A DNA stretch of 64,000 nt, taken from Escherichia coli (GTDB lineage: Bacteria; Pseudomonadota; Gammaproteobacteria; Enterobacterales; Enterobacteriaceae). This document shows positions 37,243 to 48,015 of the stretch, one piece after another; the stretch's first letter is position 1; each line of letters opens with the position of its first letter. Both the position numbers and the translations under genes were made by a program. A model generated the notes under the pieces. That model was not told where the DNA came from. It worked only from the letters and a program-made list of their open reading frames with translations, and did no database searches. The stretch lies in assembly GCF_003334385.1 (NCBI RefSeq), contig NZ_QOWN01000016.1, one strand, 5' to 3'.

Positions 37243-39579
37243 ATGAAGCAAATTCGTCTGCTGGCGCAGTATTATGTTGACCTGATGATGAAGTTAGGTC
37301 TGGTGCGCTTCTCAATGTTGCTGGCGCTGGCCCTCGTCGTTCTTGCCATTGTGGTACAAATGGCGGTAACCATGGTGCTGCATGGTCAGGTCGAAAGCAT
37401 TGATGTTATTCGTTCTATCTTCTTTGGTTTGCTGATTACGCCGTGGGCGGTCTACTTTCTATCGGTGGTCGTCGAGCAACTGGAGGAGTCACGACAACGT
37501 CTGTCACGGCTGGTGCAAAAACTGGAGGAGATGCGCGAGCGCGATTTGAGCCTCAACGTTCAGTTAAAAGATAATATTGCCCAGCTAAATCAGGAAATTG
37601 CCGTTCGTGAAAAAGCGGAAGCAGAACTGCAGGAAACCTTCGGCCAACTGAAAATTGAAATCAAAGAGCGCGAAGAGACACAAATTCAGCTCGAGCAGCA
37701 ATCCTCATTCTTACGTTCCTTCCTTGATGCTTCACCCGACCTGGTTTTTTATCGTAACGAAGATAAAGAGTTTTCCGGCTGTAACCGCGCGATGGAGCTG
37801 CTGACCGGAAAAAGCGAAAAACAACTGGTTCACCTGAAACCTGCTGATGTTTACTCACCGGAAGCCGCCGCAAAAGTCATTGAAACCGATGAAAAAGTGT
37901 TCCGTCATAATGTGTCACTGACCTATGAACAGTGGCTGGATTACCCGGACGGGCGCAAAGCCTGCTTTGAAATCCGTAAAGTGCCGTACTACGACCGCGT
38001 GGGTAAACGTCACGGTTTGATGGGCTTTGGTCGCGACATTACCGAGCGTAAGCGGTATCAGGATGCGCTTGAACGGGCCAGCCGCGACAAAACGACGTTT
38101 ATCTCCACCATCAGTCACGAATTGCGTACACCGCTGAACGGTATCGTCGGTCTGAGCCGCATTCTGCTGGATACCGAACTCACCGCCGAGCAGGAAAAAT
38201 ATCTCAAGACCATCCATGTTTCGGCCGTCACGCTGGGGAATATCTTTAACGATATTATCGACATGGATAAGATGGAACGGCGCAAGGTCCAGCTTGATAA
38301 TCAACCGGTTGATTTCACCAGCTTCCTTGCCGATCTGGAAAATCTCTCCGCATTGCAGGCGCAACAAAAAGGATTGCGCTTTAACCTGGAGCCGACGCTG
38401 CCATTACCGCATCAGGTCATTACCGACGGGACGCGTTTACGGCAGATCCTGTGGAACCTCATCAGTAACGCCGTCAAATTCACCCAGCAAGGCCAGGTTA
38501 CCGTGCGCGTGCGCTACGATGAAGGCGATATGCTGCATTTTGAAGTGGAAGACTCTGGTATCGGCATTCCGCAGGATGAGCTGGATAAAATTTTCGCCAT
38601 GTATTACCAGGTGAAAGACAGTCATGGCGGTAAACCTGCCACCGGCACCGGTATTGGTCTGGCCGTTTCTCGTCGTCTGGCGAAAAATATGGGCGGCGAT
38701 ATTACGGTTACCAGCGAACAGGGCAAAGGTTCAACCTTTACGTTGACGATCCACGCACCGTCGGTAGCAGAAGAGGTCGATGATGCGTTTGATGAAGACG
38801 ATATGCCTTTACCGGCGCTGAATGTGCTGCTGGTGGAAGACATTGAACTGAACGTGATTGTTGCGCGTTCTGTGCTGGAAAAATTAGGTAACAGCGTTGA
38901 TGTCGCCATGACCGGCAAGGCGGCGCTGGAGATGTTTAAACCGGGCGAATACGACCTGGTGTTGCTGGATATTCAGTTGCCAGATATGACCGGGCTGGAT
39001 ATCTCTCGTGAACTGACGAAACGTTATCCGCGCGAGGATTTACCGCCGCTGGTGGCCTTAACCGCTAACGTGCTGAAAGACAAACAAGAGTACCTCAATG
39101 CTGGAATGGATGATGTGCTGAGTAAGCCGCTTTCTGTTCCGGCGCTAACCGCGATGATCAAGAAATTCTGGGATACCCAGGATGATGAGGAGAGTACGGT
39201 GACGACAGAAGAGAACAGTAAATCAGAAGCATTGCTCGATATTCCCATGCTGGAACAGTATCTCGAACTTGTAGGACCGAAGCTGATCACCGACGGGTTA
39301 GCGGTGTTTGAGAAGATGATGCCGGGCTATGTCAGCGTGCTGGAGTCGAATCTGACGGCGCAGGATAAAAAAGGCATTGTTGAGGAAGGACATAAAATTA
39401 AAGGTGCGGCGGGGTCAGTGGGGTTACGCCATCTGCAACAGCTGGGTCAGCAAATTCAGTCTCCTGACCTTCCGGCCTGGGAAGATAACGTCGGTGAATG
39501 GATTGAAGAGATGAAAGAAGAGTGGCGTCACGACGTAGAAGTGCTGAAAGCGTGGGTGGCAAAAGCCACTAAAAAATGA
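37243..39579 (+). CDS. arcB: Aerobic respiration control sensor kinase ArcB
   Basis: 778 aa with transmembrane, PAS, HisKA/ATPase, receiver and HPt regions; recognised as ArcB. Confidence 0.96.
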   Translation: MKQIRLLAQYYVDLMMKLGLVRFSMLLALALVVLAIVVQMAVTMVLHGQVESIDVIRSIFFGLLITPWAVYFLSVVVEQLEESRQRLSRLVQKLEEMRERDLSLNVQLKDNIAQLNQEIAVREKAEAELQETFGQLKIEIKEREETQIQLEQQSSFLRSFLDASPDLVFYRNEDKEFSGCNRAMELLTGKSEKQLVHLKPADVYSPEAAAKVIETDEKVFRHNVSLTYEQWLDYPDGRKACFEIRKVPYYDRVGKRHGLMGFGRDITERKRYQDALERASRDKTTFISTISHELRTPLNGIVGLSRILLDTELTAEQEKYLKTIHVSAVTLGNIFNDIIDMDKMERRKVQLDNQPVDFTSFLADLENLSALQAQQKGLRFNLEPTLPLPHQVITDGTRLRQILWNLISNAVKFTQQGQVTVRVRYDEGDMLHFEVEDSGIGIPQDELDKIFAMYYQVKDSHGGKPATGTGIGLAVSRRLAKNMGGDITVTSEQGKGSTFTLTIHAPSVAEEVDDAFDEDDMPLPALNVLLVEDIELNVIVARSVLEKLGNSVDVAMTGKAALEMFKPGEYDLVLLDIQLPDMTGLDISRELTKRYPREDLPPLVALTANVLKDKQEYLNAGMDDVLSKPLSVPALTAMIKKFWDTQDDEESTVTTEENSKSEALLDIPMLEQYLELVGPKLITDGLAVFEKMMPGYVSVLESNLTAQDKKGIVEEGHKIKGAAGSVGLRHLQQLGQQIQSPDLPAWEDNVGEWIEEMKEEWRHDVEVLKAWVAKATKK

Positions 39580-39692
39580 CCCCGGCTAGACCGGGGTGCG
39601 CGAATACTGCGCCAACACCAGGGAAATCTTGGCTGCGCCGTAAATTATTATGATGAGTTACAAGGGCACAGCACTGTTTTTCAGGCCGCACG
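39571..39692 (-). ncRNA. arcZ: ArcZ small regulatory RNA (Hfq-dependent), convergent with arcB
   Basis: The minus-strand sequence reads GTGCGGCCTGAAAAACAGTGCTGTGCCC...CACCCCGGTCTAGCCGGGGTCATTTTTT, matching my recollection of ArcZ including its terminator hairpin and U-tract; the U-tract is complementary to the arcB stop region. Confidence 0.85.
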
Positions 39693-39808
39693 CAGTTAAG
39701 ATAGCAAAACTTAAATGATTTGTTACATGAATCAGTTAAATGTGTGATGCGTACCATTTTTATTAAAAAAATTAATGTGTTTCAGTCAATTGCGAAAGGA
39801 TGATCACA

Positions 39809-40462
39809 ATGAAGAAAATTGGCGTAATTCTGAGCGGATGCGGCGTCTATGACGGTTCTGAAATTCATGAAGCGGTGTTGACGTTGTTAGCTATTTCACG
39901 CAGCGGTGCGCAGGCGGTCTGCTTTGCACCGGATAAGCAGCAGGTTGATGTTATCAACCATTTAACTGGCGAAGCGATGACGGAAACGCGCAATGTGCTG
40001 ATTGAAGCGGCACGAATAACGCGCGGTGAAATCCGTCCTCTGGCCCAGGCCGATGCCGCTGAACTGGATGCGTTGATTGTGCCGGGGGGGTTTGGCGCGG
40101 CGAAGAATTTAAGCAATTTTGCCAGTCTTGGTAGCGAATGCACCGTTGACCGTGAATTAAAGGCGCTGGCACAAGCGATGCATCAGGCCGGAAAACCGCT
40201 TGGTTTTATGTGTATTGCCCCGGCGATGCTGCCGAAAATTTTCGATTTCCCGCTGCGTTTGACCATCGGTACTGATATCGATACCGCAGAAGTGCTGGAA
40301 GAGATGGGCGCGGAGCATGTGCCGTGTCCTGTCGATGATATCGTGGTTGATGAAGACAATAAGATTGTCACCACCCCAGCATATATGCTGGCGCAGAACA
40401 TTGCAGAAGCGGCGAGCGGCATTGATAAGCTGGTTTCCCGCGTGCTGGTTCTGGCTGAATGA
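39809..40462 (+). CDS. elbB: DJ-1/PfpI-family glyoxalase-like protein ElbB (YhbL)
   Basis: 217 aa from [21 protein letters not shown]; recognised as ElbB. Confidence 0.9.
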   Translation: MKKIGVILSGCGVYDGSEIHEAVLTLLAISRSGAQAVCFAPDKQQVDVINHLTGEAMTETRNVLIEAARITRGEIRPLAQADAAELDALIVPGGFGAAKNLSNFASLGSECTVDRELKALAQAMHQAGKPLGFMCIAPAMLPKIFDFPLRLTIGTDIDTAEVLEEMGAEHVPCPVDDIVVDEDNKIVTTPAYMLAQNIAEAASGIDKLVSRVLVLAE

Positions 40463-41187
40463 GTAAAAGCCGCTTAACGGTGTTTAGTTTCGTTCGCCGT
40501 TTTCTTTTGCGGTTAATGGTTGTCCTCGCCGTTTTCTGGGGCGGGGGCATCGCGTTGTTTAGCGTTGCGCCTGTTCCCTTCTCAGCGGTAATGGTCGAGC
40601 GACAGGTCAGCGCCTGGCTGCATGGCAATTTTCGTTACGTGGCACATTCTGACTGGGTCAGTATGGATCAAATCTCGCCGTGGATGGGACTGGCGGTGAT
40701 TGCCGCAGAAGATCAGAAATTTCCTGAGCACTGGGGCTTTGATGTCGCTTCCATTGAGAAAGCCCTGGCGCACAACGAGCGCAATGAAAACCGTATTCGC
40801 GGTGCTTCAACGATTTCTCAACAGACAGCCAAAAATCTCTTTTTATGGGATGGGCGTAGCTGGGTTCGAAAAGGGCTGGAAGCCGGATTAACGCTGGGGA
40901 TAGAAACGGTCTGGAGCAAAAAGCGTATCCTGACGGTTTACCTGAATATCGCCGAATTTGGCGACGGTGTGTTTGGCGTCGAAGCTGCGGCACAACGTTA
41001 TTTCCACAAACCCGCGAGCAAACTTACCCGGTCGGAAGCTGCATTACTGGCAGCTGTATTACCTAATCCACTTCGTTTCAAAGTCTCCTCGCCATCGGGC
41101 TACGTGCGTAGCCGTCAGGCGTGGATTTTACGGCAGATGTATCAGTTAGGCGGTGAGCCGTTTATGCAACAACACCAGCTGGATTAA
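40459..41187 (+). CDS. mtgA: Monofunctional peptidoglycan glycosyltransferase
   Basis: 242 aa with an N-terminal transmembrane segment; overlaps the elbB stop by 4 nt. Confidence 0.93.
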   Translation: MSKSRLTVFSFVRRFLLRLMVVLAVFWGGGIALFSVAPVPFSAVMVERQVSAWLHGNFRYVAHSDWVSMDQISPWMGLAVIAAEDQKFPEHWGFDVASIEKALAHNERNENRIRGASTISQQTAKNLFLWDGRSWVRKGLEAGLTLGIETVWSKKRILTVYLNIAEFGDGVFGVEAAAQRYFHKPASKLTRSEAALLAAVLPNPLRFKVSSPSGYVRSRQAWILRQMYQLGGEPFMQQHQLD

Positions 41188-41816
41188 GCTTCGCGCGAAG
41201 TGAGGGCCAGCGTTTTGCTCTCACGAGGTTGCAGATCTTTCTGCAGGGCAATAGCCAGCGCCGGTTGGGCGATAAATCGTTTCCATAACCGCTCTTGCTT
41301 ACGCAGACAACACCACTTCGACCAGGTCGCCAGTGGAATCAATGTGCTTTCACCAATGTTGTCGCAGACGACCGGGATAACCTCTGACTCACTGATGCGG
41401 TGACAGAGGATATTCTGCGGCTTCAGCGACATCGTCACGATACGGTTATCCTGCAAATAACGCTTCAGCTGTTTCAGTAGCTGGCGCAGTTGTGCAATGT
41501 CTTCTTCGTAACGGCATTGTTCAGCAAATTCGGTCAGCGTAATGGAAGGCTTGCCGTCAAAATCTGCAATCACATCGTAGACATAACCGGTTCCGCAATC
41601 CGTCTCAACGGTACCGTGATAGCGCGGTATTCCACTCCAGTCTTTTAACCGGCGACCAAGATGCGCGTAGTACTTTAACTCACGGCGGATCTCTTTATCG
41701 CCACCATCGCCACGATGGTAGACAATCTTGATACAGCGTTGGGCATCTTCCGGATGCGCATAACATTTCCGATGTCTTCCGGTGCCCAGGGGACTTTGTT
41801 CAGATAAGCGAATCAT
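41184..41816 (-). CDS. yrbL: YrbL (PhoP-regulon protein of unknown function)
   Basis: 210 aa from [24 protein letters not shown]; convergent with mtgA and overlapping it by 4 bp; a PhoP-box-like repeat lies upstream. Confidence 0.85.
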   Translation of the reverse strand: MIRLSEQSPLGTGRHRKCYAHPEDAQRCIKIVYHRGDGGDKEIRRELKYYAHLGRRLKDWSGIPRYHGTVETDCGTGYVYDVIADFDGKPSITLTEFAEQCRYEEDIAQLRQLLKQLKRYLQDNRIVTMSLKPQNILCHRISESEVIPVVCDNIGESTLIPLATWSKWCCLRKQERLWKRFIAQPALAIALQKDLQPRESKTLALTSREA

Positions 41817-41866
41817 GCCATCTCCTGGAAATATTTTCTGACGATCTCCAGTATGGTCGATTAACT

Positions 41867-41883
41867 TAAACAAAACCTAAACA
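41867..41883 (-). promoter_or_regulatory. PhoP-box-like direct repeat (TGTTTA-N5-TGTTTA) upstream of yrbL
   Basis: Minus strand reads TGTTTAGGTTTTGTTTA about 50-67 bp upstream of the yrbL start; matches the PhoP box consensus. Confidence 0.55.
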
Positions 41884-42029
41884 ATGCCTCTTAAGGTTTT
41901 CTTAAGGTTCTTCTGAAAGTGAAAAGCGCACAAAATGTACAAATGACGTTGATTGAGAACGATTTCAGTACGTGATTTTCTTATTGTCGGGGGGAGTTTG
42001 AAGGGAGTTGTATGTCAAAGTGATGAAGA

Positions 42030-42302
42030 TTAATCTTCATCAAAACCAGAATTAAAGAGGGCGATAACGGCGGCCAGTGCTTCCTCTTCCTGTGGACCGG
42101 TCGCTTCAACTTCAATCTGCCGTCCTTTGGCAGAATCCAACATCAGCAGCGCAATAACGCTGTTGGCTTCAGCCTCGGTGCCTTCGTCATTACGTAAGAG
42201 CACTTCAGCGTCAAAACCCTGCATTAATTCAAACAGCTTCATTGCAGGCCGGGCATGCATGCCCAGCTTGTTTGTGATTTCAACAGTTTGCTTGACGGTC
42301 AT
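42030..42302 (-). CDS. npr: Nitrogen-PTS phosphocarrier protein NPr
   Basis: 90 aa HPr-like protein; recognised as PtsO/NPr. Confidence 0.93.
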
Positions 42303-43153
42303 GGTTTACGTTTTTCCAGCGTACGATGGCGTGACTGGACGTTTTTACCGCGCGAGCGGAAGTAGTCTGCCAGTTGCTCTGCAATATACACCGAACGGTG
42401 CTTCCCGCCGGTACAACCAATGGCGACCGTCAAGTAGCTACGGTTGTTGGTTTCCAGCATAGGTAACCATAGCTCAAGATAGCTTCGCGTCTGGTAGATA
42501 AAATTGTGTACTTCTGTGTGGCGGTCGAGGAACGCGGCGACAGGTTTATCAAGACCTGTCATTGGACGCAGTTTCGGATCCCAGTGCGGGTTCGGCAAGA
42601 AGCGCACGTCAAAGACGTAATCTGCATCGATAGGGATACCGTGTTTGAAGCCGAAAGACTCAAAGACCATGGTCAGTTCGCGTTCACGTTTACCCAGCAG
42701 ACGGGTACGCAGCATTTCAGCCAGCTCGTGAACGGACATTTCTGAGGTATCGACAATCAGATCCGCTCGCGAACGCAGAGGCTCCAGCAAATCGCTTTCT
42801 TTGTCGATAGCACTTTCCAGCGACAGGTTTTTGCTGGAAAGCGGATGCAGTCGGCGCGTGTCACTGTAACGACGAATTAAGGTATTACGGTCGGCATCCA
42901 GGAACAGGAGTTGCGGTGAGAAAGCGTCAGGCAGGTTACTCATCGCCTGTTCGAATATTTCTGGTGACTCCGGCATATTACGAACATCAATGCTGACGGC
43001 GGCAGAAATCTCGCGATCGGCCAGGGTTCGAGCCAGATCGGGTAACAACACTACGGGAAGGTTATCCACGCAGTAAAAACCCATATCTTCCAGCGCACGC
43101 AGGGCGACAGATTTACCTGAACCTGAACGTCCGCTGACGATCATCAGTACCAT
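42299..43153 (-). CDS. rapZ: RNase adaptor protein RapZ (YhbJ)
   Basis: 284 aa with Walker A GRSGSGKS; stop overlaps the npr start. Confidence 0.93.
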
Positions 43154-43198
43154 GTACTGTTTCTCCTCACAACGTCTAAAAGAGACATTACCGAATAA

Positions 43199-43690
43199 CT
43201 ACGCTTCATCCGGAGTACCTTCGGTATCCGTAATGATTTGATACAGCTCTTCATCGCTCTGGGCTGCGCGTAAACGGCGGCAGATGGTTTTGTCCGCCAG
43301 ACGTTTCGCCACCAGCGACAGAGTATGCAGGTGCGTTTTAGTTTGGTCTGCCGGCACCAGCAGGGCAAAAAGTAAGTCCACCGGTTGGTTGTCGATGGCA
43401 TCGAAAGCTATAGGCGTTTCGAGCTGAACGAAAACGCCAACGGCGCGCAGAGTATCTTCTTCCAGTTTGCCATGCGGAATGGCAATACCATTGCCGATAC
43501 CGGTACTGCCCATTTTTTCCCGCGTCAGGATAGCTTCAAAAACCACCTGAGGCGGCAGGCTAAGTTGTTTCGCCGCCAGCTCGCTGATGATTTCCAGGGC
43601 GCGTTTTTTGCTCTGACAGTGGACGCGGCTTCGCGTACATTCCCTGTTAAGAACACTGCTAAGCTGTAGAGTTGTATCATTATTTGTCAT
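43199..43690 (-). CDS. ptsN: Nitrogen-PTS enzyme IIA (EIIA-Ntr)
   Basis: 163 aa from MTNNDTTLQLSSVLN; recognised as PtsN. Confidence 0.93.
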   Translation of the reverse strand: MTNNDTTLQLSSVLNRECTRSRVHCQSKKRALEIISELAAKQLSLPPQVVFEAILTREKMGSTGIGNGIAIPHGKLEEDTLRAVGVFVQLETPIAFDAIDNQPVDLLFALLVPADQTKTHLHTLSLVAKRLADKTICRRLRAAQSDEELYQIITDTEGTPDEA

Positions 43691-43807
43691 AATTTCACCT
43701 AAGAACCTGCCCACTCAAACAGTGGAACAGGCTCGGAGCATTAACCGTACAAATGGCCCGTTGTGCCGCACAACAGACCGCCATGCACATGCTAATTGCC
43801 CGGACAA

Positions 43808-44095
43808 TTAGTGTTGTTTCAGTTTATCTTTATGTTTGGTCAACTGGCGTGCCAGCTTATCAATTAAGCCATCAATGGCAGCGTACATGTCCTGACCTTC
43901 CGCGCTGGCATGAATTTCACCACCGTTTACATGCAGTGTTGCATCTGAGGTGTGGGTGACTTTCTCCACTTTCAGAACAACATAGACCTGGTTGATTCGG
44001 TCAAAATATTGCTCAAGTTTGGCAAATTTGGCTGTAACAAATTCGCGCAGTGCCTCGGTGATCTCGACGTTATTTCCGGTAATGTTGAGCTGCAT
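43808..44095 (-). CDS. hpf: Ribosome hibernation promoting factor
   Basis: 95 aa from MQLNITGNNVEITEALREF; the track ORF is over-extended by 28 codons. Confidence 0.93.
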   Translation of the reverse strand: MQLNITGNNVEITEALREFVTAKFAKLEQYFDRINQVYVVLKVEKVTHTSDATLHVNGGEIHASAEGQDMYAAIDGLIDKLARQLTKHKDKLKQH

Positions 44096-44117
44096 AGTGT
44101 CTTCCTTATCGGTTGGG

Positions 44118-45551
44118 TCAAACGAGTTGTTTACGCTGGTTTGACGGCGGAATGGATAAAGACTCTCGGTACTTCGCAACAGTGCGGCGTGCCACCATGA
44201 TACCTTGTTCCGACAGCAAAGAGGTTAACTTGCTGTCGCTCAACGGTTTCGCTGGGTTTTCCGCCGCGATTAATTTCTTCACCAGCGCACGAATCGCCGT
44301 GGAGGAAGCTTCGCCGCCGCCCTCGGTATTGACGTGACTGGAAAAGAAATACTTCAGTTCAAAAATGCCTCGTGGACTATGCAGGTATTTTTGCGTGGTC
44401 ACGCGAGATATCGTCGATTCATGCATTTCGACAGCCTGGGCGATATCGGCCAGTACCATCGGTTTCATATATTCTTCACCTTGCTCAAAGAAGGCTTGCT
44501 GCTGTTCAACGATACAGCGACTCACGCGCAGTAGCGTATCGTTACGGCTTTCCAGACTCTTGATCAACCATTTGGCATCCTGCAGATTGCTGCGGATAAA
44601 CTGGCTGTCACCATCGTTGCGCGCGTTATTGCACATCGAGGCGTAGTGCTGGTTGATTTGCAGACGCGGAATGCTGTCACTGTTGAGTTCTACCGTCCAG
44701 TGACCGTTATGCTTACGCACCAGCACATCTGGAATGACATACTCAGGTTCGCCAGTCTGGATCGACTGCCCGGGGCGCGGATCGAGCGACTGGATCAGAT
44801 TGACGGCTTCTTTCAGCACATCTTCTTTCAGACGCGTGACGCGCATTAAAGTGCGGAAGTCGTGATTGGCTAACAGATCGAGATGATCGCTAATGATCAG
44901 TCTGGCCTCTTCCAGCCACGGCGTGGTCTTATCGAATTGGGAGAGTTGGATCAGCAGACAGTCACGCAGATCTTTTGCCGCCACACCGACCGGATCAAAC
45001 CGTTGGATCCGCTTAAGGACGGCTTCAACTTCGTCGATGTCGATCTCTTCATCGCCTATACTTTCGAGAATATCTTCCAGCGGGACAGTCAGATAACCGG
45101 TTTCATCAACGGCATCGACGATAGAGGTAGCAATAGCGCGGTCAGTGTCGGAAAACGGTGTCAGCTCAACCTGCCACATCAGGTAATCCTGCAAGGTCTG
45201 CGTCGTTTCGCCCTGGTAGACCGGCAGCTCGTCGTCAATGTAGTCACCGCTGGTGCCGGATGGTGTACCAGCGGTGTAAATGGTGTCCCAACTGGCATCG
45301 AGCGGCAGCTCTTCCGGCATCTCTTTTTGTTCGAGCGCGTCGGCGGTGTCCAGCGTTTCACTGTCTTGCGTTTCGCGGGTGTCGATTTCTTCATGAGTGT
45401 CGATTTGCTCAAGCAGCGGATTACTCTCCAGCGCCTGCTGTAGCTCCTGCTGAAGTTCCAGCGTCGACAACTGCAACAGACGAATTGCCTGTTGGAGCTG
45501 TGGCGTCATCGCCAGTTGTTGGCTAAGCCTGAGTTGCAAACCTTGCTTCAT
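44118..45551 (-). CDS. rpoN: RNA polymerase sigma-54 factor
   Basis: 477 aa with a Gln/Leu-rich N-terminus and the conserved [10 protein letters not shown] box near the C-terminus. Confidence 0.97.
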   Translation of the reverse strand: MKQGLQLRLSQQLAMTPQLQQAIRLLQLSTLELQQELQQALESNPLLEQIDTHEEIDTRETQDSETLDTADALEQKEMPEELPLDASWDTIYTAGTPSGTSGDYIDDELPVYQGETTQTLQDYLMWQVELTPFSDTDRAIATSIVDAVDETGYLTVPLEDILESIGDEEIDIDEVEAVLKRIQRFDPVGVAAKDLRDCLLIQLSQFDKTTPWLEEARLIISDHLDLLANHDFRTLMRVTRLKEDVLKEAVNLIQSLDPRPGQSIQTGEPEYVIPDVLVRKHNGHWTVELNSDSIPRLQINQHYASMCNNARNDGDSQFIRSNLQDAKWLIKSLESRNDTLLRVSRCIVEQQQAFFEQGEEYMKPMVLADIAQAVEMHESTISRVTTQKYLHSPRGIFELKYFFSSHVNTEGGGEASSTAIRALVKKLIAAENPAKPLSDSKLTSLLSEQGIMVARRTVAKYRESLSIPPSNQRKQLV

Positions 45552-45598
45552 GTTCAGAATCGTACTCTCCTGCTAAAACGTCGCAAACTTCTACCCTA

Positions 45599-46324
45599 TC
45601 AGAGTCTGAAGTCTTCCCCAAGGTATACACGCTTAACGTGTTCGTCTTGTAAGATTTCTGTAGGCGTGCCGTGGGCGATCAAATGCCCCTGACTGACGAT
45701 ATAAGCGCGTTCACAAACCGCCAGTGTTTCACGCACGTTGTGGTCAGTGATCAGCACGCCCAGGCCGCTGTCGCGCAGGTGCTCAATGATGCGTTTAATG
45801 TCGATAACCGAGATCGGGTCAACCCCGGCAAACGGTTCGTCGAGCAGAATAAATTTCGGATTCGCAGCCAGTGCGCGGGCAATTTCTACACGGCGACGTT
45901 CACCCCCGGAGAGTGACTGCCCCATGCTGTCACGCAGGTGCTCAATGTGAAACTCTTCCATCAACTCGTTCGCGCGGTCTTCACGTTGTTCAGCAGACAA
46001 GTCGTCACGAATTTGCAGTACCGCCATCAGGTTATCGTAAACGCTGAGGCGACGGAAAATGGAGGCTTCCTGTGGCAGATAGCCGATACCGCGGCGCGCG
46101 CGTGCATGCAGAGGCAGCAGACTGATATCGTCATCATCAATAATGATGTTGCCCGCATCGCGCGGCACAATGCCTACAACCATGTAGAAAGTGGTGGTCT
46201 TACCGGCACCGTTTGGCCCCAGCAGACCGACAATTTCCCCGGAGTTGACGGTCAGGCTGACGTCTTCTACCACGCGACGGCCTTTATAGGCTTTTGCAAG
46301 GTTCTTTGCAGTTAATGTTGCCAT
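45599..46324 (-). CDS. lptB: LPS export ABC transporter ATPase LptB
   Basis: 241 aa with Walker [10 protein letters not shown] and ABC signature LSGGERRR. Confidence 0.96.
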
Positions 46325-46330
46325 AACGAA

Positions 46331-46888
46331 TTAATTACCCTTCTTCTGTGCCGGGGTCTGGCCTTTGTTGTTTTTGTCCTGCAGCTGCGACGGCACCAGA
46401 ACGGTTGTTACGCGCTTGCCTTTGTCGCTGAAAGCCTGCATTTTCTGCTCTTTCACCAGGTAAGTGATCTTATCGCCCTTAATGTTGCTATCGACCTGCT
46501 GCAGATAAGCATTACCCGTCAGAACGACAAAATCTTTTGCCAGTTCGTAGTGCATCTGGGAAGCGTGACCTTCAACGGGTTTACCGTTGTCCTGCATCTG
46601 GTAGAACGTTGCCGGTTTACCGTAGCCGTCAATCACTTCTTTACCTTGTTCGCCGCCCGGACGGGTAACGACCACTTTGTCGGCATTAATTTTGATGGTG
46701 CCCTGGGTGACGATGACATTACCGGTAAAGGTAACCACGTTGCCTTGCATATCAAGAGATTGCTGGTCCGATTCAATGTGGATCGGCTGATCAGTGTCTC
46801 CGGTTACGGCAAATGCCGGAATGCTGGCGGCCAGAAGTGAGCTGGCAAGCACAAGATTAAGGCTGAGTTTGTTTGTTTTGAATTTCAT
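46331..46888 (-). CDS. lptA: Periplasmic LPS transport protein LptA
   Basis: 185 aa from MKFKTNKLSLNLV (signal peptide); start overlaps the 3' end of lptC by 32 nt. Confidence 0.93.
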   Translation of the reverse strand: MKFKTNKLSLNLVLASSLLAASIPAFAVTGDTDQPIHIESDQQSLDMQGNVVTFTGNVIVTQGTIKINADKVVVTRPGGEQGKEVIDGYGKPATFYQMQDNGKPVEGHASQMHYELAKDFVVLTGNAYLQQVDSNIKGDKITYLVKEQKMQAFSDKGKRVTTVLVPSQLQDKNNKGQTPAQKKGN

Positions 46889-47432
46889 AGGATGTTCTAA
46901 CCTTTTCAATCAGCTCGGCGTTCTTGCTGCGTAAGTTGCCGCGCATTTTCAGACCGCTGGAGTTAAATGTTGTTCCGTATAACGTGACGAGGTCTTCAGA
47001 GGTAACATCCTGCGTCACCAGATTGATCTGCGCGTTATCCGTCGTGATTCTGCGAAGTTGAGAGTCTGGCACAAGTGCGTTGACTTCAACGTGTCCATAT
47101 AAATAGAGCATCCGGTCATTGGTCAGCTTGGCTTTATCTGCTTTTACGGACCATGTCGGGATTTTATCCTTATCAAACGTGGTAAGTACCGGCTGCGTAA
47201 ACCACGAAACGGCCTGATCGGAATAATATTCAACGTGTTGAGCAATCAATCGATAGCTTAGTGCCCCTTCTGGGTTATAGACGAGCGTGTCCGTATGCTC
47301 GCTTTTATAGGTGGGATCATTGTTGTTGACGACCACCTGGGCGGTATCGTCTTTTTCGGCCATATTAATGCCGATCATCACCAGAACCGCCAGTGATAGC
47401 ACAATGATAACCCAACGTCTGGCTTTACTCAT
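46857..47432 (-). CDS. lptC: LPS transport inner-membrane protein LptC
   Basis: 191 aa with an N-terminal transmembrane anchor; overlaps the kdsC stop. Confidence 0.93.
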   Translation of the reverse strand: MSKARRWVIIVLSLAVLVMIGINMAEKDDTAQVVVNNNDPTYKSEHTDTLVYNPEGALSYRLIAQHVEYYSDQAVSWFTQPVLTTFDKDKIPTWSVKADKAKLTNDRMLYLYGHVEVNALVPDSQLRRITTDNAQINLVTQDVTSEDLVTLYGTTFNSSGLKMRGNLRSKNAELIEKVRTSYEIQNKQTQP

Positions 47433-47995
47433 ATCGATTGCCCTTTGGCTTCATCCAGTTTGCCCTGCGCCAGGAGTAATAAGTCGCAAACTTCGCGCAC
47501 TGCGCCACGACCGCCAGCAATGCGCGTCACGTAATCGGCGCGCGGGATCAACAGTGGATGCGCATCGGCCACGGCGACGCTTAAACCCACTTTTTCCATT
47601 ACCGGCCAGTCGATGAGATCATCGCCGACATAAGCCACATTTTCCGGGGCAATCGCCAGTTTTTCCAGCAGATCGCTAAAGGCGATCAGTTTGTTTGACT
47701 GCCCCTGATACAAGTGAGTGATCCCCAATGTGGCACAACGATCTTCTACCAGTTTAGCCTTTCGCCCGGTAATGATAGCGACTTCAATATCAGAGGTGAG
47801 CGCACAACGAATGCCATAACCGTCACGAACATTGAACGCTTTCAGCTCTTCGCCATTATTGCCCATATAAATCAGGCCATCTGACAGTACGCCATCGACA
47901 TCGAGGATCAGCAGACGAATGTTCTCTGCTTTTGCTATAACGTCGGCGCTGACAGGGCCGTAACAGGTCGCAAGCGACGCACCTGCTTTGCTCAT
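47429..47995 (-). CDS. kdsC: KDO-8-phosphate phosphatase
   Basis: 188 aa HAD-like protein (DVDGVLSDG); recognised as KdsC. Confidence 0.93.
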   Translation of the reverse strand: MSKAGASLATCYGPVSADVIAKAENIRLLILDVDGVLSDGLIYMGNNGEELKAFNVRDGYGIRCALTSDIEVAIITGRKAKLVEDRCATLGITHLYQGQSNKLIAFSDLLEKLAIAPENVAYVGDDLIDWPVMEKVGLSVAVADAHPLLIPRADYVTRIAGGRGAVREVCDLLLLAQGKLDEAKGQSI

Positions 47996-48015
47996 TGTTG
48001 TTTATCCTTGAATCT

